A stretch of DNA of 64,000 nt from an uncultured Acidobacteriota bacterium (GTDB lineage Bacteria > Acidobacteriota > Thermoanaerobaculia > UBA5066 > Gp7-AA6). The position numbers and the translations under genes are program-made. Shown piece after piece: positions 9,940 through 19,652 of the stretch (position 1 is the stretch's first letter; every line of letters begins with the position of its first letter). The notes beneath the pieces were generated by a model that ran no database searches, was not told where the DNA came from, and saw nothing but the letters and a program-made list of their open reading frames with translations. The stretch lies in the NCBI GenBank assembly GCA_963764715.1, contig CAVXTP010000010.1:64001-128000 (forward strand). Reading direction: 5' to 3'.

Positions 9940-10667
9940 GCCGCCTCCGGCGCGTCGGCGCGGGAGGCGCGCGCGAAGCACCAGACATCGACGCGGCGGG
10001 CGCCCGCCTCGGCGAGCCGCCGCGCGCACTCCCGCGCGGTCGCGCCCGAGGTCGCGACGTCGTCGACGAGAAGGACGCGCTCGGCCGGCCGTCCCGCGGT
10101 CGCGAAGGCCCGGCGCACGTTGGCGCCGCGCTCGGAGAGCGGAAGGCGGCTCTGGACCTCGGTCTCCCGGCGCTTGACGAGCCGGCGCCGCGCGAAGGGG
10201 ATTTCGAGCCGCCGGGACAGCTCGAGCGCGAGGACCTCGGCCGGGTTGTACCCGCGGGCGCGGCGCGACCGCGCGGTCGTCGGCACGCAGGCGATCTCGG
10301 CCGAGTCGGGCCGCGGGAGGCGGTCGGCCATGGCGCCCGCCAGGTGCGCGCCGAGATAGTCGGCGCCGCGGAACTTGAAGGCGAGGAGGATCTCCCGCGC
10401 CGAACCGGCGTACGGCGCGGCGCCGCGCAGCGCGTCGAACGGGGGCGGGTCGAGGAGGCAGCGGCCGCAGAGCGCCGGGGCGTCCGCCCCCGGCAGCGCC
10501 TCGTCGCATCGGGCGCAGCGTTCGCGGCCGCTCCCGCGCGCCGGAAGGGCCCGCCAGCAGCGGTCGCAGACGCCGCCCGCGAGGAACCGTTCCACCGGGC
10601 GCTCCCGGCAGGCGAGGCAGTCCGACGGCAGAACGAACCCCGCCGCCGCCCTTGCGACTTGGATCAC
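9936..10667 (-). CDS. ComF-family phosphoribosyltransferase-like protein with N-terminal zinc ribbons
   Basis: Four CxxC motifs, RGYNPAE, LLVDDVATSGAT. Confidence 0.88.
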   Translation of the reverse strand: MIQVARAAAGFVLPSDCLACRERPVERFLAGGVCDRCWRALPARGSGRERCARCDEALPGADAPALCGRCLLDPPPFDALRGAAPYAGSAREILLAFKFRGADYLGAHLAGAMADRLPRPDSAEIACVPTTARSRRARGYNPAEVLALELSRRLEIPFARRRLVKRRETEVQSRLPLSERGANVRRAFATAGRPAERVLLVDDVATSGATARECARRLAEAGARRVDVWCFARASRADAPEAA

Positions 10668-10780
10668 GACGTCCGACCTCAGCGTTTTCCCTCTCGGGTC
10701 CGTAGAAAACGAAGCGGCGGGATTGTAGCCTTATCCCGCCCGATGCATTCGGGGAGAGTGCGGAAGGCGGGGAGGTTCCT

Positions 10781-11368
10781 TTGAAGATCAATCGGACGGC
10801 GCTCGTCGCGTTTGCGGCGCTGGCGGCCCTGGCGCGGCCCGCCGCCGCGCAGCGCTTCGGGGTCGGTGGAACGGCCGGAATCGTCAACGACGTCTCGAGC
10901 GACGTCGAGTTCTCCGGGTTCAAGTGGGGCGAGGCGACGGGCTGGTTCCAATACACGATGGACGAAGGCGTGCTTCTTCGAATGACCTACGGCTCGATGT
11001 GGACGCAGCAGGCGAGCTCGGGCTCGACGGTCACGACGCCGAGCGGGAGCCTGACGCTGCCCGAGATGAACGAGCGGATCGGCTACGGAATCGTCAGCGT
11101 CTCGTACCTCTTCTGGGAAGGCTTCTTCACGTCCGGGCTCTTCGCCGGGATCGGCGGCTACGGGATCCGGCCGGACGAGGTGCCCGCGGCGGCGCAGCCC
11201 TACACCGACCGTCACGAGACGGTCTTCGGCTGGCACGCGGGCGCCGACGGCGAGTTCAAGGTCTGGAAGAACGTCGGCCTTGTGATCCGGCTCACGTACC
11301 ACAACGTCTCGGCGCACCCGCACCGTCAGTTCGTGAACGCGGACGGGGGATTCGTGGCGCGGTTCTAG
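10781..11368 (+). CDS. small outer-membrane beta-barrel protein
   Basis: Signal peptide (…PAAA|QR), alternating aromatic/Gly strands, C-terminal Phe. Confidence 0.7.
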   Translation: MKINRTALVAFAALAALARPAAAQRFGVGGTAGIVNDVSSDVEFSGFKWGEATGWFQYTMDEGVLLRMTYGSMWTQQASSGSTVTTPSGSLTLPEMNERIGYGIVSVSYLFWEGFFTSGLFAGIGGYGIRPDEVPAAAQPYTDRHETVFGWHAGADGEFKVWKNVGLVIRLTYHNVSAHPHRQFVNADGGFVARF

Positions 11369-11373
11369 GGTCG

Positions 11374-11405
11374 GGAGGCAGGAGGGGGCAGGAGGCAGGA
11401 GGCAG
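11374..11405. repeat. short heptamer tandem repeat (GGAGGCA)
   Basis: About 4 imperfect copies between convergent genes. Confidence 0.6.
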
Positions 11406-11419
11406 ACCGCGGGCCGCGG

Positions 11420-11908
11420 CTACTTCGGCTCTTTTTCCTTTTCCAGCATGTCGGGGATGAGCGGGAGCAGCGTCGATTCCTTCTTGGCCGACAGCGAGAT
11501 CTGCGCCTGGATGCGCGTGACGCCCTTGATCGACAGGATGCGGCGCTGGAGGAAGTCGGCGAGCCCCGCCGGATCGGCGGCCTTGACCTTGAGCCGATAG
11601 GCGAAATCGCCCGCCAGGTAGTGGCATTCCTGGACGCCCAGGAGCTTTTCGAGATCGTCGACGAAGCCCTTCTCGAACCGCGGATGCTCGAGCGCGACGT
11701 CCACGTAAGCGGTCAGGGGCAGCCCCATCTTTTCGTGATCGAGGAGCGCGACGAAGCCCTTGATCATCCCGTGGCGCTCCATCTTCTTGATGCGCTCGTT
11801 GACCGAGGGCGTGGTGAGGCCGACCGCTCCCGCGATGCGAGCCTGCGACAACTTCCCGTTGCGCTGGAGCATGTCGAGAATCCTCAGGTCGATTTCGTCG
11901 ATGCTCAT
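11420..11908 (-). CDS. Lrp/AsnC family transcriptional regulator
   Basis: IDEIDLRILDMLQRNGK...VGLTTPSVNERIKKME..GMIKG; ECHYLAGDFAY. Confidence 0.93.
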   Translation of the reverse strand: MSIDEIDLRILDMLQRNGKLSQARIAGAVGLTTPSVNERIKKMERHGMIKGFVALLDHEKMGLPLTAYVDVALEHPRFEKGFVDDLEKLLGVQECHYLAGDFAYRLKVKAADPAGLADFLQRRILSIKGVTRIQAQISLSAKKESTLLPLIPDMLEKEKEPK

Positions 11909-12033
11909 GAGCGAAAACGCCCTCGTCGTTGCCTTATAAGATTAGATACTTGGAAGCTTAAGACTAATAATATTAGCCTCCAAACGGGTGTCAATGGCCT
12001 AATTTCGGGCGTCGCTATAATGCCCGCGACCTC

Positions 12034-13056
12034 ATGGCAAAACGCGACTACTACGAGGTCCTGGGCGTGCCCAAGGGGGCTTCGGAAGCCGAGGTCAAGA
12101 AGGCCTACCGGCGGCTGGCCCGAAAGCTCCATCCGGACGTCAATCCGGGCGATAAAGCGGCCCAGAAGCGCTTCCAGGAGGCCCAGGAGGCCTACGACGT
12201 CCTCAAGGACGAGGACAAGCGCCGGGCCTACGACCGGTTCGGCCACGCCGGGCCCGGGGCCGGATTTGACCCTCGGTCAGGCGGGGCGGGCTTCCCCGGG
12301 GGCTTTCCGGGCGGGGCCGGGGGGGCGGGCGGCGGGAGCCCCTTCGAGGGCGTTCACTTCGAGTCCGGCGACTTCGGGGACCTTTTCGGGAACCTCTTCG
12401 GCGGGCGCCGCGCGACCGGGCCGCAGGCTGGCGAGGACCTCCGAGGGCAGATCGAGGTGCCGTTTCGCGACGCGGTCCTCGGCGGCACGGCCTCGCTCGC
12501 GCTCCGGCGCGAGAAAGCCTGCCCGACCTGCGGAGGCACCGGGCGCACCGGCAAGACCGTGTGCGCGACCTGCCGCGGCGAGGGCGTCGTCGCGGAGTCC
12601 GAGCGCGTGCGCATCAAGATCCCGGAGGGAACCGAGGACGGCGGGACGATCCGCGTCCCCGGCAAGGGCGCTCCCGGCGCCCGCGGCGGCCCCGTCGGCG
12701 ATCTCTACGTGACGGTGCGCGTGACGCCGCACGCGTACTTCGAGCGCCAGGGCAACGACATCCACGGCGTGGTCCCGATCACGGTGAAAGAGGCGTACGC
12801 CGGCGCCGAGATCGAGGTGCCGACGATCCACGGCACCGTGACCGCGCGCATCCCGCCGGGCACCCAGGGTCGCCAGCGGTTCCGTCTTCGTGGAAAGGGC
12901 GTCAAGGACCCGCGCTCGGGCGGCGCCGGCGATCACATCTACAGCGTGCGGGTGATGATCCCCAGGAGCCAGAGCCCGGCCGGGATGGACGCGGCGACGC
13001 TCCTCGATTCGCTCTACGAAGGCGACGTGCGCGCCGAGTTGCCCAAGGGACTCTAG
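12034..13056 (+). CDS. DnaJ-class co-chaperone with a shortened zinc finger
   Basis: J domain with HPD, G/F-rich linker, only two CxxCxGxG motifs, DnaJ C-terminal domain. Confidence 0.9.
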   Translation: MAKRDYYEVLGVPKGASEAEVKKAYRRLARKLHPDVNPGDKAAQKRFQEAQEAYDVLKDEDKRRAYDRFGHAGPGAGFDPRSGGAGFPGGFPGGAGGAGGGSPFEGVHFESGDFGDLFGNLFGGRRATGPQAGEDLRGQIEVPFRDAVLGGTASLALRREKACPTCGGTGRTGKTVCATCRGEGVVAESERVRIKIPEGTEDGGTIRVPGKGAPGARGGPVGDLYVTVRVTPHAYFERQGNDIHGVVPITVKEAYAGAEIEVPTIHGTVTARIPPGTQGRQRFRLRGKGVKDPRSGGAGDHIYSVRVMIPRSQSPAGMDAATLLDSLYEGDVRAELPKGL

Positions 13057-13063
13057 GCGCAGC

Positions 13064-13095
13064 CTGCTTACTGCTTACTGCTTACTGCTTACTGC
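13064..13095. repeat. heptamer tandem repeat (CTGCTTA) x4.5
   Basis: Perfect tandem copies between convergent genes. Confidence 0.85.
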
Positions 13096-13103
13096 CGCCC
13101 GTC

Positions 13104-13541
13104 CTACCGTCCCTCCGCCATCTTCCCCGCCAGCGTCATGCACGTGCTCGAGGCGCGCGCGACGAGGCTTCCGCCTTCGTCGAGGATGTCGCACTCGGCC
13201 ATGCCCACCGTCTTGCCGCGCTTGACGACCCGGGCGGTCGCGGTCAGGCGGGAGGCCCAGACCGGCTTGAAGAAGTTGATCTTGAGCTCGAGCGTCGTGA
13301 AGCTCTCGTCGTCCGAGAGCGTCGAGGCGTAGGCGATCCCCATCGCGGCGTCGGCGAGGTCGCAGAGGATGCCGCCGTGGAGCGTGCCCATCGGGTTGGC
13401 GTGCTGCGGCCCGGCCTCCATCGCGAAGACCGTGCGGCCGGGCTCGACCTCGAGCACGCGGAAGCCGACGAGCTTCGCCACGGGAGGCGGCGGCACGTCG
13501 CCGCGGATCATGCCCCGGACGCGCTCGAGGATCGACGCCAC
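13104..13541 (-). CDS. PaaI-family hotdog-fold thioesterase
   Basis: HANPMGTLHGG..D.AD.AMG, TTLELKINFFKP; GTG start at 13541 inferred. Confidence 0.88.
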   Translation of the reverse strand: MASILERVRGMIRGDVPPPPVAKLVGFRVLEVEPGRTVFAMEAGPQHANPMGTLHGGILCDLADAAMGIAYASTLSDDESFTTLELKINFFKPVWASRLTATARVVKRGKTVGMAECDILDEGGSLVARASSTCMTLAGKMAEGR

Positions 13542-13546
13542 GGCGG

Positions 13547-14014
13547 CTACTTCGCGTCGACGGCCGCGAGGATCTCTTCGGCGTGGCCCTCGGGCTTGAC
13601 CTTCGGCCAGACCGCCGCGATCTTTCCCTTCTCGTCGATCAGGTAGGTGACGCGGTGGGTTCCCATGTACTTGCGCCCGTACATGCTCTTTTCGCCCCAG
13701 ACCCCGTAGGCGTTCACGATCTTCTTGTCGGTATCGGCGAGCAGCGTGAACGGCAGCGAGAACTTCTCGGCGAACTTCCTGTGCGACTTCTCGTCGTCGA
13801 TGGAGACGCCGAGGACGGCGACCTTGCGACGCTTCAGCTGCGCCCACGCGTCGCGGAAGGAGCAGGCCTCCTTCGTGCAACCCGGCGTGTCGTCCTTCGG
13901 GTAGAAATAGAGGACGGCCTTCTGCCCCTTGAACTCCGACAGCGAGACCGCCTTTCCGTCCTGGTCCTTCGTCTTGAACGCCGGAGCCTTGTCTCCCACC
14001 TCGAGCAGCGCCAT
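13547..14014 (-). CDS. bcp: thioredoxin-dependent peroxiredoxin Bcp
   Basis: [21 protein letters not shown]. Confidence 0.95.
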   Translation of the reverse strand: MALLEVGDKAPAFKTKDQDGKAVSLSEFKGQKAVLYFYPKDDTPGCTKEACSFRDAWAQLKRRKVAVLGVSIDDEKSHRKFAEKFSLPFTLLADTDKKIVNAYGVWGEKSMYGRKYMGTHRVTYLIDEKGKIAAVWPKVKPEGHAEEILAAVDAK

Positions 14015-14108
14015 GAGCCCACCTCCTGGGTGCGCCGGATTCTAGCGAAGCGAGCCCTTCCCCATTCGATCAAGTGCGGAAATGCCACATCCGTTCGCGG
14101 CGCGCGAA

Positions 14109-14133
14109 GGGCGGCCGCAAGGGCCGCCCCTAC
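14109..14133. repeat. GTAG-family REP (single arm)
   Basis: GGGCGGCCGCAAGGGCCGCCCCTAC; same unit recurs at ~35932 and ~52261. Confidence 0.7.
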
Positions 14134-14337
14134 GACCGGAGCCGACGCCCCTTCCTGTTTTGCGGCAATGCCCTTCCGTTCGCAGCGCGGATAGTCTCCC
14201 GACCGAAGGGAGGGAGGAGGTCCGCGCCGCGGGAGCGAAGCGCGAAGTGAAGGGTCAGGCCTGCGGTCGAGCGCCGTCCGCGAGCCGCAGGCCGGTGCGC
14301 CGGAGGCGCAGACCCGCAACGAAGCGCGTAGCGACGG

Positions 14338-15432
14338 CTACTTGCGCGATCCCATGCCCACGACGAGGGCGAGCGCCTTGTCGTAGGTCATGGAATCGTC
14401 GACGGCGATCGACCGGACCGGCTCCCAGTCGGCGTCGCCCAGGCGCGAGAACTTGAGCGCGCTGCCGTCCAGCCAATACAGGGTCGGCCGGTAGCCCGCG
14501 CCGATCGAGGTGCCCACGGTGATCGAGGCTCCCCCGGCGTACGCGGCGACGATCGGCGTCATGCGCGAGATCGGTCCCTCGGACGAGACGCCGACGATCG
14601 GAATGTGGCGGCGCTTCCAGTTGACGTTGCCGGCTTCCGAGGGCTTGCCCTGGTCCTCGGGGAACGCGATGCGGATGACCCTGTGCCGCTGGTCGTGCAG
14701 GTCGGCGAAGCTCGCGAGAAAGGCGCCCGAAAGCCCGTCGGTCTGGAGGGCCGGGAAGAGGTAGCTTCCGGACGGAATGTCGCCGGCCGGCGTGTCGCCG
14801 CCGCCGCCGAGAAGCGCCGGGAGGTCGTAGATCGCGAAGCTCGACGGGTCGAAGCTGCCCTCGTCGAGGAAGAGGGTCGCCAGGCGCGCCTGCGTGTACT
14901 GCGACTCCTCCCACCAGATGACCGACAGGATCGACGCCGTCTTCCACGTCGTCACGTCGGAGGCGTCCAGGTACCGGACGGGCTGGTGCGTCACGCGCAT
15001 CTGCGGGTTGCGCGCCCGCGAGATGCCGTCGCTCGGCAGGAGCGCCGAGTTGGTCCAGACGCCGTCGCGGTAGACGCCGATCCGGATGTGCGAGTAGGCC
15101 GAGACGTTCTCGGTCCAGAGGAGCAGCAGCGTCTTGGTCTGGTCGTCGTACTCGAGCTGGAGGCCGTGCTTCTCCTGGTAGGAAACCGTTCCCGGAAGGA
15201 TCTGCGTCGTGATCGTCCCGTCCTGGGCGCGCGCGGACCAGTCGACGACGAGGCTCTCGGGATCGATGCTCGCGTCGGTGATTCCGAGGTCGACCGCCTT
15301 GCCGGAGCGCACGACGTGGAGCGTTCCGTCCGTCGTCAGCACGGTCTGCTCTTCCAGGGCGGACGCGAGCGCCGGCAGCGCCGCGGCGGCGACCGCGAGC
15401 AGGAAGGCGCGGAGGAAACCGGCACGCCGCAT
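14338..15432 (-). CDS. secreted hypothetical protein (beta-rich)
   Basis: Signal peptide MRRAGFLRAFLLAVAAAALPALASA; ATG overlaps the TPR gene stop (TGATG). Confidence 0.75.
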   Translation of the reverse strand: MRRAGFLRAFLLAVAAAALPALASALEEQTVLTTDGTLHVVRSGKAVDLGITDASIDPESLVVDWSARAQDGTITTQILPGTVSYQEKHGLQLEYDDQTKTLLLLWTENVSAYSHIRIGVYRDGVWTNSALLPSDGISRARNPQMRVTHQPVRYLDASDVTTWKTASILSVIWWEESQYTQARLATLFLDEGSFDPSSFAIYDLPALLGGGGDTPAGDIPSGSYLFPALQTDGLSGAFLASFADLHDQRHRVIRIAFPEDQGKPSEAGNVNWKRRHIPIVGVSSEGPISRMTPIVAAYAGGASITVGTSIGAGYRPTLYWLDGSALKFSRLGDADWEPVRSIAVDDSMTYDKALALVVGMGSRK

Positions 15433-16346
15433 CAGGCCCTCAGGTTGATCATGCCCATGAGGCTGATCTGGTGGAGGTAGTTCTTGAGCGCCGGGAAATT
15501 CGGGTAGTAGTTGGCGAGCGCGTCGTAGTGCTCTTCGGCCGCGCCGTCTTTCCCGAGCTCGCTGTAGGTTTCCGCCAGGAGGTAGTGGGCGTTCTTCACG
15601 ACGTCGTCGCGTCCGAACTCGCGGCCGAGGCCCAGCGCCCGCACGCCCCACGCCTCGGCTTCGTCGGCCCGGTCGAGCTTGAGCGACGCGAAGCACAGGT
15701 CGAGGCAGGGGTAGTCCATCGCCTGGCGCGTGCCGAGCGACTCGAGCAGCGAGAGCGAGCGCTCGACGAGGGGCAGCCCGACCGGCACCGCGTCGAGGGC
15801 GATGTGGCAGTAGCCCAGGTTGTCGGCGACGACGGCCGCCTCGTTGGAGTGCGCCTGGCCGTTCGCCTCGTAGCGGTCGAGCGATTCCTGGAAGAGCATG
15901 CGCGCCTCGGCGAAGCGGCTCTCGTGGAGCTCGAGATTGGCGAGGAGGTTCGTCGACGCCGCGGTCCACTCCTCGAGCCGGAGCTCGCGGCACTTCTGCA
16001 GCGCGGTCTGGGCGTAGAAGGTCGCCTTCGCGTACTCGCCGCGGACCTCGTGCGCGTGCGCCGACGCGTACGCGGCGAGGGCCGAGTTCGGAGAGCCGGG
16101 CGAGCGGAGCACGATCTCCTTCAGCCGGGAGAGATCGAAGTCCTGCCGGTCCATCTCGAGGAGCGTGGTCGCCCGGTTGCACGTGAACAGGTCCTCGATC
16201 TCGCGGTCCTTCCAGGAACGGGCGAGGGCGAGGCCGTCCTCGTAGAGCGTCAGGGCGCGCTCATAGTCCCCGCTCCAGATCGCCTCCTTGGCGGTCTTGC
16301 GGAGAAACTCCAGGTGCTTTCGGCGGTCGCCCATCTCTATCGGCAA
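15432..16346 (-). CDS. cytoplasmic tetratricopeptide-repeat protein
   Basis: Repeated helical units (NLLANL, DNLGYC, YLLAETY); no signal peptide; start may be the ATG at 16334. Confidence 0.8.
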   Translation of the reverse strand: MPIEMGDRRKHLEFLRKTAKEAIWSGDYERALTLYEDGLALARSWKDREIEDLFTCNRATTLLEMDRQDFDLSRLKEIVLRSPGSPNSALAAYASAHAHEVRGEYAKATFYAQTALQKCRELRLEEWTAASTNLLANLELHESRFAEARMLFQESLDRYEANGQAHSNEAAVVADNLGYCHIALDAVPVGLPLVERSLSLLESLGTRQAMDYPCLDLCFASLKLDRADEAEAWGVRALGLGREFGRDDVVKNAHYLLAETYSELGKDGAAEEHYDALANYYPNFPALKNYLHQISLMGMINLRA

Positions 16347-16386
16347 GTGGCCTTACTCCCGGATTCTAGGCCACGATCGAGGCGGC

Positions 16387-16779
16387 TCAACGGTTTTCTT
16401 CCCCATCGGTGTCGGCGGGCACATCGGCCGCGGTCCGCGGCTCCGCTTCCTGCTGCTGCTTGAATCGGACGAAATCGCGCACTTCCTGCCGGGCCTCGTC
16501 CGAGAGGGTCCGGATCTCGCCGACGAGGTCGCGCGTGTCCTTCTCGGCGGGAGTCTCGGTCTCGCCGAAGAACTCGCCCATCTTGAGGTCGAAGACCTGG
16601 AGGATCTTGAAGAGCGTGTCGAGGCCGACCTTGTACTCGCCCTGTTCCATGCGGGAGAGGTCGGACTGAGCGACACCGATCTTCTCGGAGAGCTCCGTCT
16701 GGGTGAGATGCCGCCCTTTGCGCAGCTCACGAATGCGCGAGCCAACGAGTGCGACCTTGCGCGGCGAATGGGACGACAT
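16387..16779 (-). CDS. XRE-family HTH transcriptional regulator
   Basis: VGSRIRELRKGRHLTQTELSEKIGVAQSDLSRMEQG. Confidence 0.92.
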   Translation of the reverse strand: MSSHSPRKVALVGSRIRELRKGRHLTQTELSEKIGVAQSDLSRMEQGEYKVGLDTLFKILQVFDLKMGEFFGETETPAEKDTRDLVGEIRTLSDEARQEVRDFVRFKQQQEAEPRTAADVPADTDGEENR

Positions 16780-16840
16780 GGCTTGTTCCGGAAATGCTAT
16801 TAAAACATAGGTTGCCCGTCTATACTCCGGAATCTTCGAC

Positions 16841-17629
16841 ATGCCCGGACGGAACGGTCAGCTCGCTTCTAAGACCTTTCTCCTCAAGGAGATGGTCGTT
16901 CGCGACGTCCGCGCGCGCTACGCGGGGTCGGGACTGGGGATCCTCTGGGCCTTCGCGAACCCGGTGCTCTGGATGCTGCTCTATACCGGGGTCTTTTCGC
17001 TCGTCCTGCGCGTTCCGGTCGAGACGGGCTACGCGAGCTTTCCCGAGTTCCTGATGGCCGGGCTTCTTCCCTGGATGGCGATCCAGGAGGGGATCTCCCG
17101 GTCCTCGTCCGTGCTCGTCGACAACGCGGCCATGGTCAAGAAGACGGTCTTCCCCGTGGAGACGCTCGTGCTCTCGGTCGTGCTCGCGGCGGTCGTCAAC
17201 GAAGTGATCGCCCTCGCGATCTTCGCCGTGTACCTCGGCGTCCTCGGGCACCTGTCGATCGCGTGGCTGGCGCTCGTGGTGCCCGCGCTGGTGCTGCAGG
17301 TCCTGATGACCTTCGGCATCGGCTGCATCGCGGCGACGCTGACGGCGTTCGTCCGCGACACGGTCCATGCGGTCGGCATCGCCCTGACCGTCGTTTTCTA
17401 TGCGACCCCGATCGTCTACCCCGCCTCGCTCGTCCCGGCGCGCCTGCGGCCCCTGATCGACGCGAACCCGGTCGCGGCGCTGGTCGACCTCTTCCGCCGC
17501 GCCTTCACGCTGCACGCGGCCCCCGCGCCCGCGCCGGTCGTCTACCTGACGGTCTTCTGCGTGGCGGCGGCCGTCGTGGGAGCCGGGCTCTTCGCGCGCG
17601 CCCGCCCGCATTTCGCCGATTTGATCTGA
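16841..17629 (+). CDS. wzm: polysaccharide ABC transporter permease (Wzm type)
   Basis: RDVRARYAGSGLGILWAFANP, GLLPW, VKKTVFP, FYATPIVYP, NPV, HFADLI. Confidence 0.92.
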   Translation: MPGRNGQLASKTFLLKEMVVRDVRARYAGSGLGILWAFANPVLWMLLYTGVFSLVLRVPVETGYASFPEFLMAGLLPWMAIQEGISRSSSVLVDNAAMVKKTVFPVETLVLSVVLAAVVNEVIALAIFAVYLGVLGHLSIAWLALVVPALVLQVLMTFGIGCIAATLTAFVRDTVHAVGIALTVVFYATPIVYPASLVPARLRPLIDANPVAALVDLFRRAFTLHAAPAPAPVVYLTVFCVAAAVVGAGLFARARPHFADLI

Positions 17630-17727
17630 ATGGCGGATACGCGAATAAACGGCCCTGCCAGTGGGTTTCCCGCTCGGCCAATCCGTTCCCGGGCTGGTTC
17701 CCCCGAATTCGCCGTCTGGAGGTTTTC

Positions 17728-19389
17728 GTGAAGCGAGTCCCCTTCCTCATGCTGTTCGCGGCGGCGGCCGTCTGCTCGGCGCAGGCGAAGGCCCCGACGC
17801 CGAAGAAGCCTGCCGCGCCGCCGCCGGCCACCCACGCGCCCTCCCCGTCGCCGACGCCCGGCATCCTGTCGCGCATCGATCCGAACGTGGTCGAGGAGAC
17901 GGACACCTACGTGATCCGGCGCTACAAGAAGTCGGACTACAAGAAGGTCGACGAACGGCACTTCAAGATCCCGATCCTCGGGCCCCCGGTCGAGTTCTTC
18001 AAGGAAGACGACGACTACTACTACACGTCGACGCCCAAGGTGATCCCGGAAGAGCGGGAGTACCGGCAGCAGCAGAAGGAGCGCGAGCAGGCCTCGGGCA
18101 CGGTCGTCAAAGTGCCGAAGGGGGCGGTCGCCGGGCCCGCGTCGAGCGGCGTCACGGCGGAGGATTTCAAGGACCTGTTCCCGCCGCGCGTGGAGGGCCG
18201 GCTCAAGCTCGCCCGTGTCGCTTCGGGCGGGCTTCCCCGCTCCGGAATGTGGCGGGCGTCCTTCGTGATGGCCGACGCCAACGGCGACGGGATCGCGGAC
18301 ATCGTGGCCCCGCCGAACCGGCTGGGCGACGGCTCTCTGCACGTCTGGCTCGGCGACGGCAAGGGCGGATTCGCGCCCTGGAAGGTCACGATGACCGAGG
18401 GGGGCAAGCCGGCCGAGCGGTTCTCGATCGACTACGGCGCCGTCGCCTGCGGGGACATCGACGGCGACGGCCACATGGACGTCGTGAGCGCCTCGCACGG
18501 CGGCGGAGTCGTTTCGCTCTTCGGCGACGGCCGGGGCGGCTTCGAGGTGGTCCGGGCGGGGCTCCCCACGCGCGACTTCTCGAGCCAGGCTGTCGTTCTC
18601 GTCGACGCCAACGGCGACGGCAAGCTCGACCTCGTGGCCTCGCGGGATGCCGCCGGCAGCAACACGGGCACCGTCCAGGGCGTCGACCGGCAGCAGGTGC
18701 GCGTGTATCTCTTCCTCGGGCGCGACCGGGGCTGGGAGTTCAAGAAGGACGGAATCGTCGGCGGCTTCTACTCGAACAGCCTGACCGCCTGGGACTACGA
18801 CGGGGACGGCCGCAAAGACGTCCTGACGGGCAGCCACTACACGGGAGCGCTCGTGCTGCTCTGGAAGAACAACGGGGACGGCACCTTCTCCCCGGTCCAG
18901 TTCCCGGCGATCGAGCCCTACGCCTACCACTTCGGCGAGGCCTCCGGGACGTGGGGCAAGGGCCGCGTGCCCGCTTTCGCCGACGGGTTCTCGATGCAGG
19001 CCAACGTACCGGACCCGCAACGGGCCGCCGGCTTCACGATCTACGCGTTCGAGAACGGCGCCTGGACGCGGCATCGCGTCTGGCGCAAGCACGAGTGGAA
19101 GGCGTACAACTACGCCGTCGCTCTCGGGGACCTCGACGGGGACGGCCTCGACGACGTGGTCTTCCCGGACAACGAGGCCTACCGGCTTCGCGTCCTCTTC
19201 CAGCAGGCCGACGGCACCTTCCTCGAGGCGGCCGAGGCCGACGAGCCGGCTCTCGACTCCGCGGGGCAGTGCGTGCGCCTGGCCGACCTCGACGGCGACG
19301 GGAAGCTCGACGTCGTGCTCTCGAAGACGATCACGTCCGGAGATCCGACGAAGCCCGGTGGATGGGACGTTTACCTCAATAGACGGTGA
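17728..19389 (+). CDS. secreted FG-GAP/VCBS repeat (Ca-binding propeller) protein
   Basis: GGAGG SD then GTG; signal peptide; six DxN/DGDGxxD repeats. Confidence 0.88.
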   Translation: MKRVPFLMLFAAAAVCSAQAKAPTPKKPAAPPPATHAPSPSPTPGILSRIDPNVVEETDTYVIRRYKKSDYKKVDERHFKIPILGPPVEFFKEDDDYYYTSTPKVIPEEREYRQQQKEREQASGTVVKVPKGAVAGPASSGVTAEDFKDLFPPRVEGRLKLARVASGGLPRSGMWRASFVMADANGDGIADIVAPPNRLGDGSLHVWLGDGKGGFAPWKVTMTEGGKPAERFSIDYGAVACGDIDGDGHMDVVSASHGGGVVSLFGDGRGGFEVVRAGLPTRDFSSQAVVLVDANGDGKLDLVASRDAAGSNTGTVQGVDRQQVRVYLFLGRDRGWEFKKDGIVGGFYSNSLTAWDYDGDGRKDVLTGSHYTGALVLLWKNNGDGTFSPVQFPAIEPYAYHFGEASGTWGKGRVPAFADGFSMQANVPDPQRAAGFTIYAFENGAWTRHRVWRKHEWKAYNYAVALGDLDGDGLDDVVFPDNEAYRLRVLFQQADGTFLEAAEADEPALDSAGQCVRLADLDGDGKLDVVLSKTITSGDPTKPGGWDVYLNRR

Positions 19390-19448
19390 CCGGCCGGGTT
19401 AAAGGCCTCGTTCGGCTCGTCTTAAGCCGGTTCCTATGACCCGGAAGC

Positions 19449-19497
19449 ATAAATTTCTCGTTTTTTCCTTGACAGGGGTATTCCCGGGCGCGATCAT
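19449..19497 (+). promoter_or_regulatory. candidate sigma70 promoter with AT-rich UP element
   Basis: AT tract, TTGACA at 19469-19474, 17-nt spacer, weak -10 GATCAT; ~150-nt leader to ATG 19653. Confidence 0.4.
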
Positions 19498-19652
19498 CCC
19501 TGCAGACCCGGGGCACCCGGTGCCCCAACTAGAACAGTACTCAGGTTTTTGCGGGTGTAGTAAATCGAAGTGCGGGAGGTGATGGGATCGTTCGAGGGAA
19601 GGAAGTCCCAATCGTGTGTTTTCGAACAGTTAACTGTTACGAGGAGATCTCA

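Noticed and set aside
9028-11908. Lrp protein as PutR-like regulator of proline dehydrogenase
   Set aside because: Separated by two unrelated genes and no operator is visible
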